Shown: piece after piece, positions 24,178 to 36,200 of the stretch
Layout of the letters: each line of letters opens with the position of its first letter
How positions within the stretch are numbered: the stretch's first letter is position 1
Assembly: GCA_964199315.1 (NCBI GenBank)
Contig: OZ116700.1
Location: forward strand, 34,658,001-34,722,000
Length of the DNA: 64,000 nt
Reading direction: 5' to 3'
Origin: Orbicella franksi
Taxonomy: Eukaryota
Program-made: the position numbers and the translations under genes
Notes under the pieces: model-generated
Databases searched by the model: none
Told to the model about the DNA's origin: nothing
The model's input: the letters and a program-made list of their open reading frames with translations, nothing else

Positions 24178-27100
24178 CTAGAGTCTCCTTCTAGCAAAAT
24201 AAGCGGCATTATCCCCACTCTGTGCGTTGTCCGTTTCCTCGTCAAATGGAATATAATTTTTTCCTCTGTCCTCAACATTGTGTTTGTCGCCTTCCTCACC
24301 ACTTTGTTCCATACCGCTGTGATCTGCGTCAAATGAAATAAAATTTTCTCCTCTGTCCACAGCATGGTGTTTGTTGTCTTCCTCACCACTTTGTTCAATA
24401 CCGCTGTGATCTGCGTCAAATGGAATAAAATCCTCTTTCATCTCAACCCCACTGTTTTCTTTTTTATGGAGTTCCTCAAAAGGAATGAAGTCTTGTTTGC
24501 TTTTCACGCCTTCTAGTTGATACCAATTGTCGTCCCCAGATCCTTCGCCTTTCACTCCATCATCATCATCGTCATCTTCATCGTCTCCAGACCCCGAGCC
24601 GCTGCGCTCTAAAGCAAGGCGGGCTTGGTACTCTGAAAAAGGAAGCAATGTCAATGAAAGTGTTTCACTCATGTGGGTAAGCTAGAAATAAGATTATATT
24701 TTCCTCGATTCTGCCTTCTGATTTGGTGAATTATCAAGGCAACATGCTAAAATGTGAAGTTAATTTTTATCATTGTTTTTAAACAATCAACAGCACTCAT
24801 GAACCAGAAAGGAGATGCACTTAGGGAGGTCTGTTTTCCGTCCTTACCTTTGTTGCAGTTTGAAACATCACACATGAGATTACCATTGAAACAAGAGCTG
24901 TAAATAATGAAACAAAAAAGTGGTCACATTTACCTTAAAGTTCATGTCAGGCAATAACATCACAAACCTCGACAAAAATAACAATGTCGTGTCTTACCAT
25001 AATTTGCAGCCAAGAGGAATTCTTTCGCCGTCGCTTAACGTCATGCCATGATAATAACAGCCTGCAAGAAATTGGAATCTTAAATTATCCAACTGAAACA
25101 GAAAAAAAGAAACCAGAAACTGCAGGGGACCGCATACGGAAAACGCTGCTAACGTAGGATCTATAAGAGATCTCAAACAAAAAAAAACATGGTGACAAAC
25201 AATTGAATGCAAGGCTGATACTACGTGAAAGACGAGGAAAAAGGCACTAAAAGAAATAAATTAAGCTGATGAAACATTAATTTACCAAGTTCCTCTACGA
25301 TGGGCGTCACCACCTCTAATTGTTCTGCTCTTATTTCTGTTGAGAAAAACAAATTGTTAAGCTACATACTCAAGCTTAGAATCTTGCGCAAACTTAAAAT
25401 CTTTCGGTTGGCATAAGTTGGCTAGATAACTTTGAAGTCTAGTGTGAATGAAGAACATAAATAATAGCCTTCACCTGGTGCAAAATTATCCTCGGATATT
25501 TGTCTGCGGGCATTCTCTGTTCCGGGAAGCAAACAGTTTTCCGAGGGCGATCGTCACTCGAGGAAAACTGCGAGCTTCGAGCAACATATAATGTCCGTGG
25601 ACAAATATCCGAGCGTATCTTTGAAAGTCACACGAAGGCTATATGTCGTGTTTATTATCCTTCAAACATTTTTCACAACACGGGGGATCTTATGAAAATT
25701 GGGGAATATCCCCAGCTTTTCGATAGTTGTAAGTAAACTTGTTTTTGTTTACCTGGGCATGCTACATAGTCTATAGCTTTTAGAAAACGGACTAAAGGGA
25801 GTCGAATAAACTCTTTGGAGAAATGAGACTCACCTGAGATAGTCTTGTCTTGATCAATCCAGTCAATAACTAATGTTAGGAGCAAAAACGAAACACCTAA
25901 GTTAGCTCAAAATACATTTTCAACCTTTATTTACCAGAAAAACACGCGATACGCTACAGAAATGTGCTACTACTAATACAAATAGGTCCGCAATGAACTT
26001 GTACCGCCCTTTCGACTTGTGCTTGGCTCAATAAATGACAAAATTATTAATGATCATGAGTCCAGCCAATCATAATCGAAATAATTGGCGCGAAATGAAC
26101 ACGCGTCAAGGTAACATGTTGCTGTGGTTACCTGGTACAGAGGGAACTGGGTCCATACACACATACGAGCATCCATCAAAACAACACATTTGGTTTCCAA
26201 CGCAGTAGTCGTCATCGAAACAGGAATCGTTGCACTGTTCCGTCACCTCAATGATGTATGGCGGCGGGCAGGTTTCCTCGTAAAGCGATCTCTTCTTGAT
26301 GTTGTGCTGCTTATAAAATGAAAGAAAGCGCATAGTTTTAAGTCACGTTTATTTTTTTTAAAAAATCAATTGTTAACAGTTGTTTGACGACTCAATTATA
26401 ATTAGGAGGGCAGACATTTATAACACAGTGAATGGTACAGATTACTTTTCTCTGTCAGTGGATCGCCTCGGCCTTCACTGAAACTGACGCTAGACAACAT
26501 TCCTTATTTGAAGCTTGACGGATGTGAATGTCAAAACATTGTTTTTTCCTGTTTAATTTCGCAGTACACTAAGGCTTACACCCAAATGATGATGTCTTTG
26601 AAGAAATACAATCCCAATACGTGCAGTATTCTTTGCACATGAATTACTGTCACATAGGTACTTTCATGTTATACGGAAGAAGTGAATAACCGGAAATTGC
26701 TGTAACTGTCAATCATTACAGGATGCTACAAGATTCACTGACTCGAACATGCATTTTCAATAATGTTCTATCTCTTGTCGTTCTTTGCCAAACGGCTTGG
26801 CCAATAACGACAGTCGAACATATAGATGACCTGGGGAGCCGTACAACAAAGGTAAGTTGCTGACCACGTAATTGACTGAGAATCTTCTACGTAACACCTG
26901 TATTACCGGATGACATGTGGCACTGAAAATTCATTCTAGCCCTGAGAAGTAAAGTTTGGCCATATTAGGTTATGTTAGAACCTTGCTTGATGAAATACCA
27001 AGGGCATAAGATCATGGTCGCCATGATAACTTCATTTAGTCAAAATAGTGTTACCTATGCGTGGCAGTTCGCCAATATGTCTGATATTTTCATTTTTTGG

Positions 27101-30100
27101 AGCTCATATCTTCACTCGTCCATGCAAGACAAAAGCAACATAATAGCATGCCTCAACACTCATCTTCTTATCTACTTCATGACGAGTCATGCAACTCATA
27201 TCTTTTAACAATTTTAAACATCTGTTGTATGACTTCCCGGATAAACTACAATAGTTTAAATGTTTTCGTTTTCTTTTCCTTTTCTGAGTAAAATCATCTT
27301 CGTCGTTTGTAAATCAATCTTTTGAAAGTTGTTCTGTTTATAGTAAATAGAGGGGAATGGTTATGTAACTGGACAAAGGTCTTTGTTGTATGTTTTTTTC
27401 TCTTTTTTGGCCTTGCATTGACCCTGCACAAAACACAATAGTTGTTTATTACTGACCGAAGAAGTAACCACTAGAAACTTTTAGGTTACGTAACTCATGC
27501 GTAGTGTATGAACGCATAACAAAAGATTGTGCACAGTCGTGGACCTTCCAACATAAATCTTGGCATCTATGTCTGCTCCTTTGATGTTTGCCGGGTTCAC
27601 AACAATTCCCCTCTATCAGCTATGTTCTGTTGTAGAAATTTTGATCAGTTTTCAGTCAGGTAAGAGGTTGATTCTGCATACGAACCAAGTGGCCCATCAG
27701 GTCGGAGCCGGTTTCTGTAGCATGAAGCGACTACGAGTATTTCTACTCCTCCCTGGATGGGATGTTAGTCTATGGCAGGATTACCCCCAGCATTCAGTTC
27801 GCCGGTATCCATTTATACACCTGGGTGGAGAGAGGCACTGTGAGAGTAAAGTGTCTTGCCCAAGAACACAACGCAATGTCCTAGGCCAGAGCTCGAACCC
27901 GGATTGCTCGATTCGGAGACGAGCGCACTAACCATGAGTTCACAGCCCCTACACGTTTTCAGTTATAAGATCTTTAACTGTGTGAATTTTCTGGAAGACA
28001 GACACAGGGGAAACATCACACGCATGTCACAAGCTTTTCCTTGTACTCTTAAAGTATTGGCGTATCAGAGAATATCACGCGTAATAGCAGTGAACATGGT
28101 AAATAATCAAAGCCAATAGTAAAATGAGCAATCAGTGCTCACAATTAAAATAACAAGGACAGCTGTAAACGTTTAGCGGGATAAAATGTCAATAGCTGCA
28201 CTTTTCATTAATAAACTTGATGAGCTTAAAATATTCTTTAAAAATATTTGTTTTCGTCAAATAAGCTCACAATCAAATGAACATTTAATTCGGTTGTTAA
28301 CTGATTTATCCAGGTGGTATAAATTGACATTTTCAGCAAGGCCTTCCAGTTATTACTTATATATTTTTTTAAGTATGTATTAAATAGGGACCGCACCGAT
28401 CATTCCTTCGTTTACGGTCCACAAGAAAGAAAAAGTGATTATACATAGTGTTGCACCAAATACCAGTTTCCTTTTCATGGTTAACTGTAAGTTCTTCACA
28501 AGTTTTTCGCAATTCCACGTGGAAAAATCTGGAAACCTCTTGTGTTTACAAAACCAGATGTTATGCCATTCGCAAAGTGCGCAAAGTGCGCAAATTGCGA
28601 AGATTCCCGCGGATTTCGCGGCAAAAAAAGAAAAATACTCTTGCATAACAGTCATCTGGCAAAACACTCAAGGTATGACGATTTAACTTTGTGATTGCTG
28701 TATATAGATATCCTACGAGGAGAGCACTTGGGAAGACATTGGTGATGATTTCGCTCCGAGTGAGTGTGCGGGAGTCTTATAATCTCATTTCCTTATGTCC
28801 GCCGGTCGCACGCGAAACCTAGATAAAATCTTGAATTCCCTAACAGCCATTTCACTAGCTAATTTAAGTGTTGATCTGACTGGGCGGGAACAGAATGACC
28901 GCGATTTCTGCTCGTTTATATCAGTCCCTGCTATAAAGCTCGTAGCTATTAGTTTCAGCAAGTCTCTTGGTTTCAGCTAAGTTTTTAGTTGGTTGTTTGA
29001 GCGCAATGATACCTGCGTCGCAAGAATTATAGACGCCATCTTTTCAACACGTGTGGCAATTAAACTGCGAGTTCAGAAGTCCACTTGGCAAAAAATTCGC
29101 TTTCGAGATTCTTTCCTCCTGACAAATGACAAGGAGTCGAATTTCAATATTGTTTCATTGCTTGTAGAACAAAACCGCAAAAAATGATTCGCCACTTAGC
29201 ACGTATGTACATATTACGCAGATTACAAAATGCGAGCATTCACAAACGAAAAAGTCGAAAACTTCTTTAAAGGTACGTAAGCGAAGGCGCATTTTAAAAC
29301 TGTGTTGTTACATTATGGTGCTGTTCAGATTGCAGCGGAGAATTATCTTGCGTAAAAGAAATAGCTATTGCGCACTGTTTAAGCCGTTTTTTCCGCCGAA
29401 ATCAGCTCTCGGTAAGTAATTTTACGGTTGCGTTCAATGCTACAGTCTCAAGAAGTAAAGAACTTAGCAGTTGTGATTCTTAGCGTTCACTTTCAAGTAG
29501 TCACAGCTACTTATAATTGACTAGAAATGACACATCCGTAACAGAGCTTTCCGGTGCAATTTGGGGTCATTCGGTTCCCACTATGAAAATATAACCGAAA
29601 ATAAAGCATGACGTCTTATTAACTAAGTAATAAATGACACCACAACCCGACAGTTTAAACCAACTAGACGAGTAATCCCAGTTTTATCTTTATTAATTTC
29701 CCTTCAATGTCTGCGTAATTGTTTGGCGACCAGAAGGAATTAGCTAGAATTCATTTTGGAATTTTTGTGCTCTTGGAAGTGACAGTGGCGGACTGCTTTA
29801 CATGCCTTGTCCTCTTGAACGTCCGGCTTCTTTTGCAATGAGTGTTAAGTCGAGCTATCAGTTCGTTTAGAATCACGCATTGGTTTAATAAGGTTTCTTG
29901 CTTACTTGGTACTTGGAGGAAATATACTCGAAAGGCAAAACGAATCGAAGATGTTCCACGACTTAGCTTACTCTCAGTTTTATTTCTAAAACTATTTAGA
30001 ATCCTCACAACAGGAAGAGGTGCAAAATGCCGACTTCCTCAAAAACACGACGAACTTTCAAGTCAGAATTACATATACTGTACTCCCAATGTACTTGATC

Positions 30101-30299
30101 TCCCGTTGACCAAAATGCGTCTTCGTGAAATAATCGAAATTAAAACTTCAGCAACAGCTTCACAAAATAGTCTACCCGAAACATTGAAGTTCTTCTGACT
30201 TACCTCCATTGATGCAATACTTCTTGTCTCGCTAACCGACAACAGGGCAGAAACAACTGCCAGTAAGACCAAGGACACAATTTGCCTTCCTTGCTCCAT
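24178..30299 (-). CDS. Secreted WAP (four-disulfide core) + short VWC-like + acidic Ser-Gly repeat protein (~296 aa)
   Basis: Exons 30299-30204 (signal peptide MEQGRQIVSLVLLAVVSALLSVSET), 26306-26132 (KKR|S site and 8-Cys WAP CPPP...CNDSCFDDDYCVGNQMCCFDGCSYVC), 25336-25286, 25061-24998 and 24897-24848 (GCYYHG...GCKLCSCFNGNLMCDVSNC), 24632-24178 (acidic tail). Total 891 nt, in frame. Minus-strand AATAAA at 23953-23958. Extra exons in the 3.9-kb first intron cannot be excluded. Confidence 0.85.
25458..25718. repeat. Hairpin interspersed repeat family H2 (copy 1)
   Basis: Homologous to 60578-60909; internal inverted repeat CTCGGATATTTGTC / GACAAATATCCGAG. Confidence 0.75.
27673..27950 (-). mobile_element. 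SINE family A, near full length
   Basis: Minus strand reads CTCATGGTTAGTGCGCTCG...GGGTTCGAGCTC (pol III A/B-box-like head); co-linear with 40583-40870. Confidence 0.85.
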
Positions 30300-33200
30300 C
30301 TTTGGTATCTGAGTGATGTCGTAAACCTACGAGACGTAGAACAAATTCAGCACTGAAGTAATCAAAAGCCGGGCTTTATGTCAAATACTGATTTTATCTT
30401 CCTGTTGATAACTTACTAGTCTGTTATTCTCGCTCGTGCGATTACAATTATCTGATCTGACGCAAAGCTTGCGGAAAATATGACCTTATAACAGGAGAGC
30501 TACGCAATTTATACCTGCCTTGGTCAGTGACGTGATCCTCTTATCGCACTTGCATGGGGCGAAGTGTCTCGTTTCATATTACAACATTCACTCAACGCAA
30601 TATTCGTCTCGCCTGTTCCTCGCATACCCCCAGCCAATTTCAGCCCGGCAGGATGCCAAACTATTAAATCATTTCCAAATGCTGGCAGACTGAAAATATA
30701 TCGAAACATCGAATCCACCTACTTTTCGTTGATGAAAGGACTCTAACACGTACGTGTTTGTGAAGCACTGCATCCTCGAACTGCAAAATGTCAGTCGATA
30801 CTTCAGAGCTGGTACGTGCAAAGATATGTGCGCAGCGCTGAAAGTCGTTTATTTATAGTTGGCAAACAGCGGGTCTCTGCGCCGTTTTCGAAACGCGCGT
30901 TTTTCTGACCACATTGCGCGGAAAGGGGAACAATTCAGTTTAATTAAATACCCCGACGTGTTATAATAGCTAACAATCACGCGAATGTTACATCATGTTT
31001 TGATGTACAACTCTTCTTGTTGTGAAATATCAGAAACCTAACAAAACTAATCCGTTTTACCATCGTACCACTTGACTTTGCTTCCCTAGTCGTCCTTTTT
31101 CCAATAATCGAGATATTGAGGCCTAGGACCTTGGTGAAAACTCAGGAATGCAATCAGGCCAAAATATGATCAATACCTCGCTATTTTTAGTTGACGAGAA
31201 TTCCAACCCATAGCAGGAATTTGGTATTTTAATCTTTTTCGCCACAACATAGACAGAGCTTTGCAAAACTCTGATAAGAGCTTGAGAAACTTAAACCAGC
31301 TTAAACCTGTAGAATAGAATTTCCACCCATCAGGTGGTCCAAAGTTGAAATTTGTCATCGACTTTCGACAAAAATTATAAAACCACTAGAAAAATAACTG
31401 ATTTCAAGTGAAACAAATCCTTCAGCTAAAAGATCGCCTAACAAATTTTGCATTCTTTCTTATTATTTTTTCTGTTTACGTCAAAATTTAATTAAAATGA
31501 AGTGTCAAAACCTCTGCTGTGCTTACTAAAGCAGGAAATGCAATTCAAGTGCCTTGAAGAAAATTCAGAGGACCGTTAAAAGTGTTACAACTGAGATAGT
31601 TCCTGACATTGCAAGCCATAATAAGCAGTTCTCTTTGGCGTTTAAGAGCTGACAATTTTATGTATGAGAAGACTTCTGCTAAAAAGGTAATTTGTCGCTT
31701 GTCACTTCTCGTTTCAACAGATTACAAACAGGATTCACTTGTTTGGGGCATTTTCACCTGTTTAGAGATGCGTTGGACCGGTGCTGCTTCAGTTTCAACG
31801 TGTATTGAGATTAGTCAAAGTTCATTTGAACGTACTGAATACACGGAGGTTTTCTTTACAAATATTTAGCGATAACAGGAGCAAATTGATTGCCAGTGAA
31901 AGTTTACTTGAATACTTCCCCAGATCATTGGTGAAGATAACTATTAATGCAGTAACGTCCTTTGCCAGTCAGTACACACAATTTTCAACCACCAAATGAA
32001 TCCCTGCCTGTACTGTAGGTCTGCCGGGTGATATCAAGCTTTCTTTCCACATTCACGTCAAAAGTGAATTTGAGTAGAAAACGGCAAAACATTTTCTGGT
32101 AGTTTCTGACGGTAGTTTCACTCAGTTATAAACTACACCGAGCTGTCAGATTTTAAGCACGTTTTATTGTAACTACGTGTCAACCAAGAGCCAACCGCAA
32201 CACGTTTATAGTCTCAGCTTCAACAGTTTAAGTTTATCACGCCATCTTTAAAAACACTTACGAGTTTTTATAACATTTAAACTGATGGTTAAAAGTCGTA
32301 AACGTGAGGTGTTTACCACATTGTCATTGACTCCATCTGGAGACCACAAGAACTAATAAACAACATTTGAAGTTACCTCGTGTCATTGATATTATTTTGC
32401 AGAAGGTTGCAATGATCTTCTTGACAACAAACTTAGCGCCGACAAAAAAGCGCCTGCTTTGATACTCCCGCTCTTCAATTAAAAAGAAATGTCCAACAGA
32501 GCATATAATGGAAACTGGATATACTCGTCACGTTTCGTAAAAAGGAAAGAGAATTGAAAACAACTACAGGAAACAAACTAAAAAGCACGCTGTTTCTGAA
32601 TGGAAACCTGGCCGAACTATAACGGAAGCAAGCACAAGCTACTTCCCTTCAAGCGATACACTCCAAGTTTTCTGGGAGGCAATAATGAGATTGTTACATA
32701 ACGTTCTCTGGAAAATCAAAACGACATGATTTCAGTGGCTCCACTGGCATTAGCTCCTCCTTGAGTTATCGCAGTGACGTCATATCCGGTTTGCGCCGTT
32801 ATAGGCGTCGACTGCTTACCTGCGTCGATTTATTTTCATGCATGAAACGACTGCAAACGAATTTTAAACGAGTTTCAACGTAAATAATATTAGTAAAAGG
32901 GTTATTGATGGAGGAGGACGAAACAGTAGCATAACGCAATAAAATCACTTCTGTAATTTCTGTGTTTTGTGATAGTTGACTTCTGTTTGTCTAGGCAGCA
33001 GTTAATCGCAATAACGTCAATAACCTCTCGGCTATCGTCACTCATTTGTAACTATTGTATTTCCTTAATCTGAAGGAGCCAGAACGCGCAGTTTTTGAGG
33101 ACAATTTTGTCGCGACATAATACAAACACATATCTATTCCAAAAACTACTTCAAGCTGTGAATGTACCAAAAAATAACCATTATCACCAAAGGCTCTCAC

Positions 33201-36200
33201 TGAAACTCAGAAAAACATACGCCGAAGGAAGACTCTAGATTCTGGCCAACGGGGTGATAATGAGCAATAATGAGGTACTTAAGGTTCTTAGCGATCGTTA
33301 ATAACTTGCCATTATAAGATTAAATTTTTCCCTGCTCTGCGATTGTTTAGATTACTTAAACGTATTTTAAACATGCTTCATTTCTTTACTGCACTACCCT
33401 TTTGTCCAGAAAAGAAAAGAAACGAAATATACATCGGTGGTTGCCGCTCCACAAAGAAACACTTGCTGATAATTTACCTGAAATAATTTTTAGCAAATTT
33501 GTGGTCGACCGCACGATTTTCTGCGACAGCAATACAAATATTCATCGTTGGGGTTAGAGGATTATGTAGAATACTCATTTAACTACTTTTTTGTTGGTAC
33601 ACGCCCTTCACGTGGAATGCAGACACTGCCTGGTGAATTGCGAAACCGACAGGTCATATCCATCATTTTATGACGTGCTTGAAAAAAACTTTGAAAGTAC
33701 TTTAGGAGACTTCCATAGGTTCCTTTAAAAAAGTTATGTTACAGCCATTTTTCTGATTCACCAAACTTCCTTTAGTGAAGACAATATGTTAGCCATTACA
33801 AGGTAATACACGTACCGAGTCATACGAAAACAACGAGTAAGACTGGGAAACTGGACCATAAATATTTTTGGTCATTCTTTGTTTTTACGTATTTATCATA
33901 GTTTTCGAATCACTTAAAACACAGAACAATTGCTAGTGACTGGGCTACACAACATCGATCTGCCCAGATAGAGCTTTTCACTCACTTCCGTAACCGTTTA
34001 TAGCAAGCAAGGGTGTTATGAAAGAAACACAACATTTTGGTCCAGAATACGTTGTAACAAAGTAACAAAAGCTCCTTGAACCGTTTCACGGGTTTTAGTT
34101 TGTTTCCAGCTTCGTTCGCTATTTTTATTGTGATTTGCCCTTCACATAACTTTGAGACCTTCCGTTGTGCTAAGCTGGTAACCACAATGTAGTTCCAAGT
34201 CCGTTTAAGGCAACAAGAACGAGCATTTGCTACTTTGTAACATTGCAATGCAACTAAAAGGAAATAACTCACAGTTCTCGATTTCCTTTTTAGCTTCAAC
34301 AAATCGTCCTTCAGTGGTTTAGTTGAAGGCTTTAACTGATGCTAATTTATGCAAGCCTGCATTCATGAAAACTTAAAAAATACCTTCAATTCTATGTTTG
34401 GCACTTGAAATCCCTTTTTCCGTTAAAAATGGCCTCAAGTGAAAGCAACTCTCATACAATTTCTTTTGAGTAATCTCACGTTCACACAAGCTTCAGTTTG
34501 TACATAACACACCACTGATCTGAGTAAAGTTTTGGCATTTCCGGATCTATTTAACCTCGAACCACAATTGCGAAAATGAACTGAGTTATATTTGAGGATA
34601 AACATAAGCAGTTTATGGTCTAAAAACAACAAACTGTGGCAGGGTAAACGTTCGCACTATGTACCCCTTTCCTGTGTGGTATTTTTAAAAGAATTGCCCG
34701 AAAATGAGTCTGGCAGCCTTGGTCCCAGATCAGCTTAATCTGACATTCAGAAGTGTGATGTGAAATAATTTGTCTTTCCGATAACCACGACATTTCCAGC
34801 CTTCCTGCGTGGGCTTGATTCAAGATTGAACATATGCTCTTAACTTTTTTTCGGACAACAATCTCTGGATTTTATTCGTACAAAATAATCAGTCATTTTT
34901 TATAATCCACAATCAGATGCAGTGAGCCCGGGAGAAAACATAAACATTCAATGTAACAGGGATTGTAAGTCAAAAAGTATTTACGTATAAAGGCTGCTAA
35001 CCTAAACTGTTTTGAATGACAGGCACTTCCCTGCACAGAAACTTTGACTCATCACACAAGGTGATTGTTATCTTCAATCAAAACCCTTACATTTTTGTTT
35101 TTTCGCAAAGAGGAGACACTCAGTTTTAATATGCCTGAAAGATATCACTTTCATTCAATTCAGACCTCCTCAAAGATAACAAGGATAGCATTTTCCCGGC
35201 AAATTGTAATCTTTGGAACCAATTATTGACAACAAAATCTTTTTAATCTAAAATTGTTAGACAGTTTTCAAAAGGATTCAACCAGGCCAGAACATCTCGA
35301 ACTCATCAAATTTGACATAACAGCATTAAAAAGGGAGTGTTATAGATTACCGACATTTTTTGCATTTTCCTGGTCCTAAAGCCAATCGGTCAATATTTTT
35401 ATGGTCAGGATAGTGTGCCATTTACCTTAATAAGATAACGGTATTACAATATAGTTAGAAAATATCACGACCACAGGCGAAAAAATCCCAATATGAGCCT
35501 CATTAGCGTAGGTGGCTAAGAGTAAATTCCCTTTCAAGAGCTGACTATCCGAACATGAACAAAAATTCTATTTTCACGATAGGATCATCGCAACTGAATA
35601 GAACTGACTATTTAGTTCTTTCCAAGAAACAAGCGATCATAGATTAAAGTATAACAGCTTAACTTGGCCAGGGTTCTCGGTATTTCAATAACGTTGATTA
35701 CAACCCACGCTAAAACTGAGCTATGAAAGATGTTTCTGCATTTGAAGTACGAGATTTACATTCTTCTGGAAGTGTTCCAATTTGCAAAAGAACTTTATTC
35801 CATCTTGTTCAGAAACAAGCTATACAAAAACGTGTGAATAAAACTGATATTCAAAAGGTAGTCATCGTGTTTAAATTTTATATGGAAAACTTGTGTTTAA
35901 CTCAACTGCAGAATATCATTTTAGACAGACTTTCCTGAAATGCAATGGAGAAGCAAACATTAACTTGTAAACTGAAATCTTCCAGCAAATGAATCACTCA
36001 CTGATTTCATTCATTTTGTTCAACTACTCCAGGCTGTTATGATTATTTTGCAGATGATGTGTGGTCAAATTACATCGTTGCGCACTTAGACAGTGTGTGT
36101 CAACAAGTTTCTTCGCCTACTCCTGTTTAAACTAGATTCGCACGCATGCGCAAAGGGTACTTGGGACAGCTTTCGTGACCAAACACTAGGTCCCAGGCTG

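Noticed and set aside
28742-28880. GTGATGA...CTGA resembling a C/D-box snoRNA
   Set aside because: No terminal stem or recognisable rRNA-antisense element; such short boxes occur by chance.
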